Shown one piece after another: positions 54,089-64,000 of a stretch of 64,000 bases of DNA. The position numbers and the translations under genes were made by a program. How positions within the stretch are numbered: the stretch's first letter is position 1; each line of letters starts with the position of its first letter. Source of the DNA: Thermodesulfobacteriota bacterium (GTDB taxonomy: Bacteria; Desulfobacterota_D; UBA1144; Nemesobacterales; UBA2774); contig JBFMCV010000006.1 of NCBI GenBank assembly GCA_040754335.1, forward strand, positions 80,710 through 144,709, written 5' to 3'. The notes under the pieces are model-generated. The model did not search any database. It worked only from the letters and a program-made list of their open reading frames with translations, and was not told the origin of the DNA.

Positions 54089-55174
54089 ATGGATATGTAT
54101 GCTCTTGTAATGGCAGGCGGGGAGGGGAAGAGGTTCTGGCCGCTTAGCAGCCGGAATAAACCCAAGCAGTTTCTCTCGCTCACCGGCGAAAAGTCCCTCT
54201 TAAGGCAGACCGTTGACAGGGTCCTGCCCCTGATCCCGATTGAGAAGGTATTCGTCGTCACCGTCGCCGGATATGCGGAAGAGACCCTTAAACACATACC
54301 CGAGCTTCCGGAAGAAAATATCGTCCTCGAGCCCGAGGGGAAAAACACGGCGCCGTGCATTGCTTACGGTACTCTCAGAATCAAGCGTTCCGCAAAAGAG
54401 CCGGTTATCGTCGTCCTGCCCGCTGACCATGCGGTGGGCGACGACGAAGGGTTCCGGGATGTGCTTGAATTCGCCTATGGCGCTGCATCGGTCAGGCTTG
54501 AAAACGGAAACTACCCGCTTATTACACTCGGCGTAACGCCGACAATGCCCGAGACGGGTTACGGGTATATAAAATCCGCCAAGAAAGTCGTGTTCGCCTC
54601 GGGGCCCTTGAACGCGTACAGGGTCGAAAGGTTTACAGAAAAGCCCGATCTCGGCACTGCGCTCGGTTTCCTGAAGGAAGGCGGGTACTACTGGAACAGC
54701 GGGGTGTTCGTGTGGAAGGCCTCGTCTATAATCTCAGACTTTTCAAAGATTATTCCCGAATGGTACGAACATTTCGATGAAATTTCGGCGAGCCTGGGGA
54801 AACCCTCGGAAGAAGTTACAGTGTCTTCCTTTTATAAAACCATAGAGCCGGGCTCTATAGATAAACTGATACTCGAGCGTTCGGACAACACCGTCGTCAT
54901 CCCGGTTACCTACCCGTGGAGCGACGTGGGCAGCTGGAAGACGCTAGACGAATTCCTGCGCAAGGGTGTGGACGACAACATATTTCATGGTGAGGGAATT
55001 TCGGTCGATTCGTCCGGGTGTCTCGTGTTCGGGGACAAGAGGGTCATAGCGCTCGTCGGAGTGAAGGATCTAGTGGTGGTCGACTCCGGGGACGGTATAC
55101 TGGTTCTCGATAAGGATAAGTCGCAGGATGTGAGGAAGGTAGCCGAAGAACTTAGTAAAAAGAATAAAGATTAG
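54089..55174 (+). CDS. manC: Mannose-1-phosphate guanylyltransferase (no isomerase domain)
   Basis: ALVMAGGEGKRFWPLS nucleotidyltransferase motif. Start taken at ATG 54089; the ORF is open from 54026. Confidence 0.85.
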   Translation: MDMYALVMAGGEGKRFWPLSSRNKPKQFLSLTGEKSLLRQTVDRVLPLIPIEKVFVVTVAGYAEETLKHIPELPEENIVLEPEGKNTAPCIAYGTLRIKRSAKEPVIVVLPADHAVGDDEGFRDVLEFAYGAASVRLENGNYPLITLGVTPTMPETGYGYIKSAKKVVFASGPLNAYRVERFTEKPDLGTALGFLKEGGYYWNSGVFVWKASSIISDFSKIIPEWYEHFDEISASLGKPSEEVTVSSFYKTIEPGSIDKLILERSDNTVVIPVTYPWSDVGSWKTLDEFLRKGVDDNIFHGEGISVDSSGCLVFGDKRVIALVGVKDLVVVDSGDGILVLDKDKSQDVRKVAEELSKKNKD

Positions 55175-55270
55175 TCACCAACCTGCCATAATCAATTGAT
55201 ATTTATTGTTTTCTGTCCTAAAATTGTATAGGAGCCAAGGGCTTAATCGAATAAGCGGGATGAAATTATA

Positions 55271-55879
55271 ATGCGAGAAGGGAATATCTTCATAGTTTCG
55301 GGTCCTTCGGGAGGCGGGAAGACCACGCTCGTAAAAAGGGTGCTCGAAGGTCTGAACAATCTCAGGTTTTCGGTTTCCTGTACTACGAGAAAGCCGAGAG
55401 CGGGCGAAGTGAACGGGAGAGACTATGTTTTTGTCACCGACGGTGAGTTCGGAAAGATGATCGAAGAGCATAAATTCGCCGAATATGCTAATGTATACGG
55501 CCACATGTACGGCACCCCTATCGCGGAGCTTGAAAATGCGGCTAAAACGGGAGTCGACCTCATTCTAGACATAGATGTCCAGGGCGCAAAACAGATAAAG
55601 CAAAGGTTCAGCGGAGGGGTATACTGCTTTGTCCTCCCGTCGTCGTTTGACATTCTGAGGCAGAGACTTCTCGAGAGGGGGAGCGAAAAAAAGGGCGAGA
55701 TTGAAAAGCGTCTCGCCAATGCCAGGAAGGAGATGGAAGACATAGACAACTATGATTATATTATTGTAAACGATGATCTCGACCGGGCTGCGGAGTGTCT
55801 TACATCTGTAATAATTTCGGCCAGGTGCAGTAAGGACAAGTCTATGGGGATTGTAAAGAAAGGGTATTCGACCGAATAA
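55271..55879 (+). CDS. gmk: Guanylate kinase
   Basis: P-loop SGPSGGGKTT and CTTRKPRAGEVNGRDY. Confidence 0.93.
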   Translation: MREGNIFIVSGPSGGGKTTLVKRVLEGLNNLRFSVSCTTRKPRAGEVNGRDYVFVTDGEFGKMIEEHKFAEYANVYGHMYGTPIAELENAAKTGVDLILDIDVQGAKQIKQRFSGGVYCFVLPSSFDILRQRLLERGSEKKGEIEKRLANARKEMEDIDNYDYIIVNDDLDRAAECLTSVIISARCSKDKSMGIVKKGYSTE

Positions 55880-55883
55880 GACA

Positions 55884-58046
55884 ATGATCAGGCTTAACGA
55901 CATAACGGAGCGTGTGAATTCCTACCTTTATCTCACGGATACGGACGTCGAGACACTCAAGAAGGCGTACGTCTATTCGGCGAAGGTACACGCCGGACAG
56001 ACCCGGAGTTCGGGAGAGCCGTATCTCAGCCACCCGCTCGAGGTGTGCGGCATATTGGCCGAAATGAAGCTCGATATGTCGTCGATAGTCACTGGGCTCC
56101 TCCACGATACGGTCGAGGATACGCTCGCCACGACAGAAGAGATAGATACCATGTTCGGAAGCGAGATCGCTTTTTTAGTGGAGGGTGTCACAAAGATAAG
56201 CCAGCTCCCCTATACGACCAAGATCGAGCGTCAGGCGGAGGGATTCAGAAAGCTCATATTGGCGACCGCCAAGGACATAAGGGTGGTCCTCATAAAGCTC
56301 GCCGACAGGCTCCATAACATGCGCACCCTCGGGTACCTTCCCGAGAGCAGGCGGAAGAGCATAGCGAAAGAGACCTTCGATATATATGCCCCCCTCGCGC
56401 ACAGGCTGGGGATAAACTGGCTCGCGAACGAGCTCGAGGACCTGTCGTTCCGTTTCCTCAATCCCGAGGAATACGAGAGGCTCGCCAACCTGATCGAGGA
56501 GAGAAAGAAGGAGTGGGGGGCTCACGTCGACGAGATAAAGAAGATAATAGGCGGCAAGCTCGAGGAGTTCGACATAAACGCCGAGGTCACGGGCAGGTTC
56601 AAGCACGTGTACGGCATCTATAGAAAAATGCAGTCCCAGAATATAGAGTTCGAGAGCGTGTACGACGTGATAGCGTTCAGGATAATCACGAACTCGCTCA
56701 GGGAATGTTACGAAGCGTTGGGCGCCGTACACTCCGCATGGAAGCCCGTGCCGGGACGTTTCAAGGATTACATAGCGCTCCCCAAGGGGAACGGTTACCA
56801 GTCTCTCCACACGACCGTGATAGGGCCCTTCGGCGAGAGGATGGAGATACAGATAAGGACCCGCGCGATGCACGAGATCGCGGAGTACGGCGTCGCTTCG
56901 CACTGGAAATACAAGGAAGGCAAGCTCGACAGCCGCGGCACGTACGAGATCTACTCCACGCTGAGGCAGCTCCTCGAATGGAAAGACATAAAAGACCCGA
57001 CGGAGTACATGGAAGCGATAAAGGGCGAGCTCATCTCGGACGTTGTCTATGTCTTCACGCCCCAGGGAGACCTCATGGAGCTCCCGAGCGGGGCGACGCC
57101 CGTCGATTTCGCCTACGCCGTGCATACCGAGGTCGGGAACAAGTGCACGAGGGCGAACGTCAACGGCAAGCTAGTCCCGCTCAGCCACCAGTTGAGGACG
57201 GGCGATACGGTGGAGATAGTCACCTCTGGCGACAGGCAGCCCAACAGGGACTGGCTCAAGTTCGTCGTCACCTCCCGTGCGAAGACGAAGATACGCTCGT
57301 GGCTCCGGAACGAGGAAAGGACTCAGTCGGAGATAGTCGGGAAATCCATCTGCGAGCGTAAGTTCAAGCAGCACGGGCTCGACTTCCAGGCTATGCTCAA
57401 GGCGGGAGAGCTCGAGAGCGCTCTCTCGGAATTGAAGTTCAGGGACGAAAAGGAGCTCTACCTGGCGGTAGGTTTCGGCAAGATTTCGGCGACCGACCTC
57501 TTGAAGCGCGTGCTCCCGACCGACAAGATGCGTCCCGGCCCCGAGAAAGAATCCAGGATCGAGAAGATCATACAGACAATCACGGGCCCGAGCGAAGGCG
57601 GCGTGCTCATCAGCGGGTACAACGACGTCATGATAAGGTTCGCCAACTGCTGCTCCCCGCTGCCCGGCGAGCAGATCACGGGCTACATCACGAGAGGGAA
57701 GGGGATAACGATCCACAAGAGCGACTGCCCTCGTCTTCTCGACGTGGACGACGCGAGGCGCATAGACGTCGAGTGGGACAGGAATTTCAAACCGCTCAGG
57801 CCGGCGAGGATTGTCGTCATGTGCGCCGACCGTCCGGGCATGCTGTCCAACATCACGAGCTCATTCTCTTCGTCCGATATAAACATATCGAAGGCCGAGA
57901 TACATTCTACCGATGTCGATACGGCGGTCGGGACGTTCGATGTGGTGGTCAGCGACCTGGAGCAGCTCGAGAACGTCATGAAGTCCATAAAACAGGTGGA
58001 CGGAGTGAGGTCCGTCGAAAGAATGCTCGAATGGGAAAGGGCCTAG
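55884..58046 (+). CDS. relA: Bifunctional (p)ppGpp synthetase/hydrolase (RelA/SpoT homolog)
   Basis: HD hydrolase motif HDTVEDT, followed by synthetase, TGS and ACT regions. 720 aa. Confidence 0.93.
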   Translation: MIRLNDITERVNSYLYLTDTDVETLKKAYVYSAKVHAGQTRSSGEPYLSHPLEVCGILAEMKLDMSSIVTGLLHDTVEDTLATTEEIDTMFGSEIAFLVEGVTKISQLPYTTKIERQAEGFRKLILATAKDIRVVLIKLADRLHNMRTLGYLPESRRKSIAKETFDIYAPLAHRLGINWLANELEDLSFRFLNPEEYERLANLIEERKKEWGAHVDEIKKIIGGKLEEFDINAEVTGRFKHVYGIYRKMQSQNIEFESVYDVIAFRIITNSLRECYEALGAVHSAWKPVPGRFKDYIALPKGNGYQSLHTTVIGPFGERMEIQIRTRAMHEIAEYGVASHWKYKEGKLDSRGTYEIYSTLRQLLEWKDIKDPTEYMEAIKGELISDVVYVFTPQGDLMELPSGATPVDFAYAVHTEVGNKCTRANVNGKLVPLSHQLRTGDTVEIVTSGDRQPNRDWLKFVVTSRAKTKIRSWLRNEERTQSEIVGKSICERKFKQHGLDFQAMLKAGELESALSELKFRDEKELYLAVGFGKISATDLLKRVLPTDKMRPGPEKESRIEKIIQTITGPSEGGVLISGYNDVMIRFANCCSPLPGEQITGYITRGKGITIHKSDCPRLLDVDDARRIDVEWDRNFKPLRPARIVVMCADRPGMLSNITSSFSSSDINISKAEIHSTDVDTAVGTFDVVVSDLEQLENVMKSIKQVDGVRSVERMLEWERA

Positions 58047-58141
58047 TATCATGAGAGAATCCCGGAAATGAAGCCGTTTAACCTCTCACGATTGAAAATA
58101 TTGAAAGGAACCCATTCACCATATATACTCAAACCTCAATT

Positions 58142-59077
58142 ATGTTCGGTATATGGTCCAAAGAAGCGAGAGCCAGGAACAGAGCCAAGCAGATAATATC
58201 CCAGACACAGGCACTTTTAAACAAGAACAGCGCTAAGATAAGCCCGGAGTCCGCAGCCGTCGTCAGTAAAAGGATAGCCGGGGCCGAGATGGCCCTTGCC
58301 GGGGGTGATACGGAAGAAATAATAAGGCGGACGAGCGATCTCGAAGGGGCTTCGAGAGACTACCTTTCGAGGTTCGCGAAATCGAAGCTGAGACAGAACG
58401 TCGAGGCGCTCGTGTTCGCGGTGGGCTTGGCACTCCTCATAAGGACCTTCGTGTTCCAGCCCTTCAAGATACCCTCGGGCTCCATGATACCTACTCTCCT
58501 CGTCGGTGACCACCTCCTCGTAAGCAAATTCATATACGGCACGAAAATACCCTTTACGGACAAGATCGTATTGCCGGTGGAACGGATAAAGAGGGGGGAT
58601 GTCATAGTTTTCACGTACCCCAATACAGAGCACGACCCTTCCAAGAATAACATTTATTACATCAAGCGCGTGATCGGCGTGCCCGGGGACAGCATAGACC
58701 TCGACGGGAGACAGCTCGTGATAAACGGACAGAAGGTGCCTATAGAATTCACGGGCACTTACACGGACGAGAGGAACGGAGAGCAGTTCGACGAATACGA
58801 CGAGGACCTTTTCGGGGAAGTCCACCGCGTGATTTACAGGAAGGGGAGGGACTCGACTAACAGGGGCAGCTTCATACCCGTAAGCGTCGTACCCGAAGGG
58901 TACGTGTTCGTGATGGGCGACAACAGGGACAACAGCCAGGACTCGAGGTTCTGGGGGTTCGTGCCCGTCGGCAATATCGCCGGGAAGGCTTTTCTGATAC
59001 ACTGGTCATGGGACTTTGAGAACCCGGACATAGGGAACAAGGTCAGATGGAACAGGATTCTTTCGGGTATAGATTGA
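58142..59077 (+). CDS. lepB: Signal peptidase I
   Basis: Catalytic SGSMIPTL (Ser), KRVIG (Lys) and GDNRDNSQDSR boxes. Confidence 0.9.
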   Translation: MFGIWSKEARARNRAKQIISQTQALLNKNSAKISPESAAVVSKRIAGAEMALAGGDTEEIIRRTSDLEGASRDYLSRFAKSKLRQNVEALVFAVGLALLIRTFVFQPFKIPSGSMIPTLLVGDHLLVSKFIYGTKIPFTDKIVLPVERIKRGDVIVFTYPNTEHDPSKNNIYYIKRVIGVPGDSIDLDGRQLVINGQKVPIEFTGTYTDERNGEQFDEYDEDLFGEVHRVIYRKGRDSTNRGSFIPVSVVPEGYVFVMGDNRDNSQDSRFWGFVPVGNIAGKAFLIHWSWDFENPDIGNKVRWNRILSGID

Positions 59078-59120
59078 CGGTCGGTTCGAATTTATGACGG
59101 GTTGTCGGAGGTAGTTAAGG

Positions 59121-59468
59121 ATGAAAATATCTTCGATATTCTGGATCCTGCTCCTGGCCCTGATTTTTTACGTCGGATTTAAAGTAGTGCCTATCTACTA
59201 TCGCGGTATTTTCGGGATAAGGGGCGTGTGTCAGGAGAACGCGGACGTCTACCATAAATACGGGCGGGGCTACGTGCAGACAGGCATATCGGAAATGCTC
59301 CGGAACATCGGGATACCGAAAGAAAAAAGCCGGTACAGTATTAAAGAGGAAGGCGATAATATCGTAATCTCGATCACGTACAGGGATTCGGCTACTTTTT
59401 TCGACAGATATACCAAGGAGTTCGAGTTCGACTACGAGTGCGAGGGAGTGCGCAAAGCCGTATATTGA
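59121..59468 (+). CDS. Small membrane-anchored hypothetical protein (possibly DUF4845-like)
   Basis: 115 aa with an N-terminal TM helix (IFWILLLALIFYVGF). GGAGG SD. Located directly after lepB. Confidence 0.6.
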   Translation: MKISSIFWILLLALIFYVGFKVVPIYYRGIFGIRGVCQENADVYHKYGRGYVQTGISEMLRNIGIPKEKSRYSIKEEGDNIVISITYRDSATFFDRYTKEFEFDYECEGVRKAVY

Positions 59469-59480
59469 GAGAGAACATTT

Positions 59481-60014
59481 ATGTCTACAAGAACTGTGAT
59501 GGATTCGGATTCGGTCAGCAGGACAATCTCGCGTATGGTCAACCAGATTCTCGAAAAGAATAACGGAGCCCGGGATCTCGCCGTAATCGGCATCAGAACT
59601 AGGGGCGTTTACATAGCGGAGAGGATCGTGCGCGAGATCGAGAAGCTCGAAGGGATAAGGCCGCCGATGGGAATTCTCGATATATCGTTCTACAGAGACG
59701 ACCTCATGCGAAAAACGGAATGGCCTAACGTCAAGAAAACCGAAATCCCTTTCCCTGTCGAGGACAAAAAGGTCATCCTCGTCGACGACGTTATCTATAC
59801 GGGGCGCACTATCAGGGCGGCCATAGACGAGATCATGGATTACGGGAGGCCTTCTTCCATACAGCTCGTGGAGCTGATCGACAGAGGGCTCAGGGAGCTG
59901 CCAATACAGCCCGACTACGTCGGGAGCAGGCTCGACACCCTCAGCACGGAAGAGGTCAGGGTCCATCTGAAGGAATCAGACGGCAGGGACGAAGTAATTA
60001 TAGTAAAAGAGTAA
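59481..60014 (+). CDS. pyrR: Bifunctional pyrimidine operon regulator / uracil phosphoribosyltransferase PyrR
   Basis: PRPP-binding motif VILVDDVIYTGRT. 177 aa, upstream of pyrB. Confidence 0.9.
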   Translation: MSTRTVMDSDSVSRTISRMVNQILEKNNGARDLAVIGIRTRGVYIAERIVREIEKLEGIRPPMGILDISFYRDDLMRKTEWPNVKKTEIPFPVEDKKVILVDDVIYTGRTIRAAIDEIMDYGRPSSIQLVELIDRGLRELPIQPDYVGSRLDTLSTEEVRVHLKESDGRDEVIIVKE

Positions 60015-60017
60015 GAA

Positions 60018-60947
60018 ATGGCATTTGAGAGAAAACACATACTGGGACTCGAAGAATTGTCGGCCGAGGAGATATCGCTCATCCTCGATACGGCGGAGTC
60101 CATGAAAGAGGTTTCAGAGAGGGACGTGAAGAAAGTGCCTGCGTTGAGGGGCGTGACCGTCTGCAATCTCTTCTTCGAGCCGAGCACGCGGACGAGGTCG
60201 TCTTTCGAGATAGCGGAGAAAAGGCTGAGCGCGGACGTGCTCAATTTCACAACGTCCCAGAGCAGCGTCGTCAAGGGCGAGAGCCTCCTCGATACGGCGA
60301 GGAACCTCGAAGCGATGGGCGCGAGCATGATCGTCATAAGGCACCCGATGTCGGGCGCGCCGTGGCTCCTTGCGAAGGAGCTCGAATCTTCGATAATAAA
60401 CGCGGGGGACGGCTCACACGAGCATCCGAGCCAGGGTCTCCTCGACCTCTTTACAATAAGGCAGCTCAAGGGGAGGATAGAGGGGCTAAAGGTAGTAATA
60501 GTGGGCGACATACTCCACAGCCGTGTGGCGAGGTCGAACATATGGGGGTTTATGAAGCTCGGGGCCGAGGTAAGGGTCGTGGGCCCGCCGACGCTGGTGC
60601 CGAAATATATAGAGAGTATAGACGTGAAATCGTTCTACAGCCTCGATAAGGCCGTAGAGGGCGCCGATGTCGTGATCATGCTCCGCATACAGAAAGAAAG
60701 GCAGGACTCCGAGTTCTTCCCGTCGCTCAGGGAGTATTCGAGATTCTACGGACTCACGAGGGAAAAATTGAGATGCGCCGCCCGGGACGTCACCGTCATG
60801 CATCCCGGACCGATTAACAGGGGCGTCGAGCTCTCTTCAGATATAGCGGACGGGCCGGGCTCGGTCATTCTCGAGCAGGTGGCTAACGGCATAGCGGTCA
60901 GGATGGCGATGTTTTATCTGGTCGCCTCGGCGAGGAGCGGCTCATGA
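60018..60947 (+). CDS. pyrB: Aspartate carbamoyltransferase catalytic subunit
   Basis: [13 protein letters not shown] and HPGP motifs. Confidence 0.94.
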   Translation: MAFERKHILGLEELSAEEISLILDTAESMKEVSERDVKKVPALRGVTVCNLFFEPSTRTRSSFEIAEKRLSADVLNFTTSQSSVVKGESLLDTARNLEAMGASMIVIRHPMSGAPWLLAKELESSIINAGDGSHEHPSQGLLDLFTIRQLKGRIEGLKVVIVGDILHSRVARSNIWGFMKLGAEVRVVGPPTLVPKYIESIDVKSFYSLDKAVEGADVVIMLRIQKERQDSEFFPSLREYSRFYGLTREKLRCAARDVTVMHPGPINRGVELSSDIADGPGSVILEQVANGIAVRMAMFYLVASARSGS

Positions 60948-62227
60948 GCATACTGATAAAGGGGGGAAGGATAATAGACCCTTCCAGGAACTACGATAAG
61001 GTCGGAAATATCCTCATAGAAAAGGGGACTGTAAAGTCTTACCCGGAGGATATTAAAAAGCTCGAAAAGGATTCAGCCGTCAAGGTCCTGGACGCCTCGG
61101 GCAAGATAGTTTCCCCCGGGCTCGTCGACCTGCACGTTCATCTGAGAGAGCCCGGGTACGAGCATAAAGAGACCATTCGCACGGGCTGCGAATCCGCGGC
61201 TGCGGGCGGCTTCACCTCGATCGTCTGCATGCCCAACACGAACCCCATAAACGACAACGCGTCCGTGACCGAATATATAATGCTCAAGGCGCGCACGGAA
61301 GGCATAGTAAACGTATTCCCGCTGGGCGCCATAACCAAGGGAGAGAACGGAGAGACGCTCGCGCAGATAGGGGAGATGTTTGAGGCCGGCTGCGTCGGTG
61401 TGTCGGACGACGGCATGCCTGTGATGAATTCCAAGGTCATGCGGCACGCGATGGAATATGTAAAGGCGTTCGGGATACCGGTCATATCACATTCCGAGGA
61501 CTTGAACCTCTCGGGCAACGGCGTTATGAATGAAGGGTACACGTCGACGCTCCTCGGGCTGAGCGGCATACCGGCGGCGTCGGAGGACGTAATGGTATCC
61601 CGCGATATAACGCTCGCCGAGCTTACCGGCACTCACCTCCACATCTGCCACGTGTCCACGGCGGGGTCGGTGAGGTTGATCCGGGCCGCGAAAGGGAGGG
61701 GAGTGAAGGTGACGGCGGAAGCGGCGCCCCATCATTTCACTCTTACCGATAAGGCCGTCGCGCAGTACGATACGAACGCTAAAATGAAGCCGCCCTTGAG
61801 AAGCGAAACAGACAGGGATGCTGTCAGGGAAGGGCTCGCGGACGGCACCATAGACATAATAGCTACAGACCACGCCCCCCACAGCGAGGATGAAAAAATG
61901 GTGGAGTTCGATCAGGCCCCCTTCGGCATCGTGGGGCTCGAGACGGCGCTTCCGCTTTCGCTGAAGCTCGTCGAGGACGGCGTCCTCACGTTAAACCAGA
62001 TGATCGCCAAGCTCACGCATCTGCCATCGGCAATTATCAGTGTCGATAAGGGGACGCTCAGCCCCGGCGTTCAGGCCGATATAGTGATATTCGACCCGGA
62101 GAAACAGGTCAAAATCGATAGAGAAAAGTTCCGCTCGAAAAGCAGGAATACGCCTTTTAACGGCTGGGACCTGAAAGGGGCCGTCCTCTACACGATCGTA
62201 AACGGCAATATCGTTTATTCTGTATAA
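60944..62227 (+). CDS. pyrC: Dihydroorotase
   Basis: [10 protein letters not shown] metal-binding motif and TDHAPH. Overlaps the pyrB stop by 4 nt. Confidence 0.93.
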   Translation: MSILIKGGRIIDPSRNYDKVGNILIEKGTVKSYPEDIKKLEKDSAVKVLDASGKIVSPGLVDLHVHLREPGYEHKETIRTGCESAAAGGFTSIVCMPNTNPINDNASVTEYIMLKARTEGIVNVFPLGAITKGENGETLAQIGEMFEAGCVGVSDDGMPVMNSKVMRHAMEYVKAFGIPVISHSEDLNLSGNGVMNEGYTSTLLGLSGIPAASEDVMVSRDITLAELTGTHLHICHVSTAGSVRLIRAAKGRGVKVTAEAAPHHFTLTDKAVAQYDTNAKMKPPLRSETDRDAVREGLADGTIDIIATDHAPHSEDEKMVEFDQAPFGIVGLETALPLSLKLVEDGVLTLNQMIAKLTHLPSAIISVDKGTLSPGVQADIVIFDPEKQVKIDREKFRSKSRNTPFNGWDLKGAVLYTIVNGNIVYSV

Positions 62228-62230
62228 TCC

Positions 62231-62740
62231 CTAAGGTGAATTCGGTTCTTCAACGAAGCAGACTTCCGGATATTTCCGTCCGACGGATTCCCAGAATTCT
62301 TTGGTGACGTCGTCCATTTTATATTTGGGATTGATTTTTACATTCCCCGTATCGAGATCGATCTCGACCATCGTTTCGTCCTTGTCTGTGAGAAGCGAGA
62401 ACTTTCTCGGGCCAATGACCTTGTAGCTCGTCTCAATCTTCTGCTCGTAGTTGATGCTCATCCCGACGGTCGGGTCGAGGTGGATTTCCGGCTCGTCCGA
62501 CTCGACGACCTCCACGTCCTCCCGCGCCGCTTCTGACGGCGGGCTTGCCGGTTTTACCGACGGGGCTATCTCTTTGTCCTGCGGATCTGATAACGACGCT
62601 TCTTCTCTTCCGCCGCCGGGTGTTAGCGCCTCACAGTCGGCACCGTCGATATTGATCGATATGTTCTTATTCGTATAGAGGAGGTATGAGGAGATACCGA
62701 GCAGCGCCGTAAGGATTACAATAACGAAAATTCTCACCAT
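62231..62740 (-). CDS. Membrane-anchored/exported hypothetical protein
   Basis: 169 aa with an N-terminal TM/signal segment (IFVIVILTALLGISSYLLY). No recognisable motifs. Convergent with pyrC, with a 3-nt gap. Confidence 0.55.
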   Translation of the reverse strand: MVRIFVIVILTALLGISSYLLYTNKNISINIDGADCEALTPGGGREEASLSDPQDKEIAPSVKPASPPSEAAREDVEVVESDEPEIHLDPTVGMSINYEQKIETSYKVIGPRKFSLLTDKDETMVEIDLDTGNVKINPKYKMDDVTKEFWESVGRKYPEVCFVEEPNSP

Positions 62741-62863
62741 GATCTTTCCCCCGATTACGTGAGTAAGTCGTCTTCTCCGTCCCTTCGGTAGAAGTATAAC
62801 CTGACGATCCTTGATTTTGCTTGTTAATTTTGTGGTATAAGATAATCACAGCCGTTATAGCTT

Positions 62864-64000
62864 ATGAAAACATCTTTTCAGGACATGAAAGATCGAGGGC
62901 CTTCCGGCGATACGCCGCTCCTCAACCGGGACTTCGTTCTGATTACAGTAACTTCCTTCGTTTTCTTCTTTACCTATCACTCCTTCATCTTATTGCCGCT
63001 ACGGATAGAGGAGCTCGGAGGCAGCGAATCGTCGATAGGGTTCATCATGGGGGCGGCTTCGATGGCGACGATCCTTACGACGCCGTCTGTCGGTATCCTG
63101 ATAGACAAGTGGGGAAAGAAGTGGTTCCTGCTCGCCGGGGGGCTCCTCATGTCTGTTACCTCTCTCCCCTTCGCGTTCCTTGATTCGCTCGGCGTCATCT
63201 TCCCGGCGCTCAGGGTCCTTCACGGGGCCGCGCTCTCCCTCTGCTTCGTCTCGGCGGGGACTCTCATCGCGGACGTCTCTTCGCCCTCGAGGAGGAGCCA
63301 GGCTATCGGGATTTTCGGTATGTTCAGTGTTATAAATTTCGCGCTCGCGCCTTATGTAGGGAAAAAGATAGTAGAGACGTACGGCTTCGGAGACTTATTC
63401 GTCTTCGATTTCATATTCGGGTCCTTCGGGGTCTTCGCGGCGCTTTTCATCAGGGAGCCCGAGCCTCTTTCGCCTGACGGCGTCCGGGGGGGCAGCTACA
63501 GGGAAGCCCTATTCAGGCGGGGTGTATTCGCAGCCGCCTTCGCGCTGATGATAGCAGGGACAGGGTTTGTTTCGGCGATTACCTTCGTTCCCGTGTTCGC
63601 AAAGAGGATCGGCGTAGACTCGTTCGAGCTGTTTTTCATAACGTACACGGCTGCCATACTCGCGGTGAGGCTCATAGGCGGATGGATTCCCGACAAGTTC
63701 GGAAAGAAAAAGACATCTCTACCGGCTCTCATTCTCTTCGCGATGAGCGTAATTGCGATCGGGTTTACCTCGGGGGCATCGGGCCTCATACTGGCGGGCG
63801 TATTGTTCGGGCTCGGACACGGGCTCTTCTATCCCGCTATTTACGCCCTGGTCATAGACCTCTCGCCCGAGGCGGACAGGGGGAAGGCTGTCTCGATATG
63901 CAGCGTCGCCTTCACGTTCGGAGGCATGCTCGGCGTTTTCATTTACGGGGTGATAGCGGAGGCATGGGGGTTCCGTCTTATGTTCGAAGCGGCGGGGACT
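62864..64000 (+). CDS. MFS transporter (3' end beyond window)
   Basis: Open frame from ATG 62864 to the window edge (379 codons, no stop). Translated by hand: MKTSFQDMKDRGPSGDTPLLNRDFVLITVTSFVFFFTYHSF...GILIDKWGKKW. Multiple hydrophobic segments are typical of MFS. Not in the supplied ORF track because it is open-ended. Confidence 0.75.
   Translation, partial: MKTSFQDMKDRGPSGDTPLLNRDFVLITVTSFVFFFTYHSFILLPLRIEELGGSESSIGFIMGAASMATILTTPSVGILIDKWGKKWFLLAGGLLMSVTSLPFAFLDSLGVIFPALRVLHGAALSLCFVSAGTLIADVSSPSRRSQAIGIFGMFSVINFALAPYVGKKIVETYGFGDLFVFDFIFGSFGVFAALFIREPEPLSPDGVRGGSYREALFRRGVFAAAFALMIAGTGFVSAITFVPVFAKRIGVDSFELFFITYTAAILAVRLIGGWIPDKFGKKKTSLPALILFAMSVIAIGFTSGASGLILAGVLFGLGHGLFYPAIYALVIDLSPEADRGKAVSICSVAFTFGGMLGVFIYGVIAEAWGFRLMFEAAGT

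Noticed and set aside
55191-55200. Perfect 10-bp palindrome ATCAATTGAT after manC, superficially similar to the GATTGATATCAATC palindrome at 42313-42326
   Set aside because: It is short and AT-rich, the half-sites are in permuted order, and it is expected by chance at this length. There is no supporting promoter context.
1-64000. tRNA, rRNA, tmRNA, RNase P, SRP RNA, known riboswitches, transposases, integrases, prophage or defence-system genes
   Set aside because: I scanned all spacers longer than 100 nt by eye and found no cloverleaf-like or otherwise recognisable conserved RNA motifs. No ORF has transposase, integrase, restriction, Cas or toxin-antitoxin hallmarks. The absence is by inspection only and should be confirmed with tRNAscan-SE, Infernal and DefenseFinder.

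Overview
This 64-kb bacterial chromosomal window is moderately GC-rich by eye, with heavy AGG/AGA/ATA codon use. It probably comes from an uncultured lineage, and I cannot assign taxonomy from sequence alone. About 65 protein genes are supportable. I found no rRNA, tRNA, CRISPR array, transposase, integrase or phage genes.

The window splits into three parts:
1. 0.7-30 kb, housekeeping, mostly + strand: dprA, ugd flanked by two atypical LuxR-type regulators, topA, ispG, mutL, gmhA, yacG, efp, an ECF sigma / anti-sigma / CpxP-like triplet, a TgpA-like transglutaminase, and the conserved rimP-nusA-infB-DUF503-rbfA-nrnA-truB-rpsO-pnp-miaA block.
2. 30-53 kb, metal/redox-rich, mostly - strand: ccmG/ccmH, a GAF-GGDEF cyclase, and a CusCBA-type RND efflux operon. 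The operon lacks cusF and cusRS but is extended by five small exported proteins. These are followed by a CDF transporter, malic enzyme, an Sfp-type PPTase, CcdA/TlpA, and a compact four-gene arsenosugar-type cluster (ArsM, AhpD-like protein, radical-SAM ArsS, DUF2064 glycosyltransferase).
3. 53-64 kb, housekeeping again: HAD, manC, gmk, relA/spoT, lepB, pyrR-pyrB-pyrC, and a partial MFS gene.

Most interesting observations:
- Three intergenic loci (1-727, 8701-8934, 30097-30390) are built from a shared vocabulary of small hairpin modules. These include nested insertions and a MITE-like 23-bp inverted-repeat pair.
- The extended Cus cluster carries duplicated exported TRASH/YHS-like proteins and a membrane-anchored cytochrome c.
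- The arsenosugar cluster is followed on the same strand by thiol-redox and PPTase genes.
- A secreted protein carries three copies of an unassigned ~80-aa domain.
- EF-P has a non-canonical loop tip.
- A promoter-hairpin-T-run arrangement sits in the rimP-nusA-infB leader.

All functional calls rest on motif recognition by eye. No database search was run.
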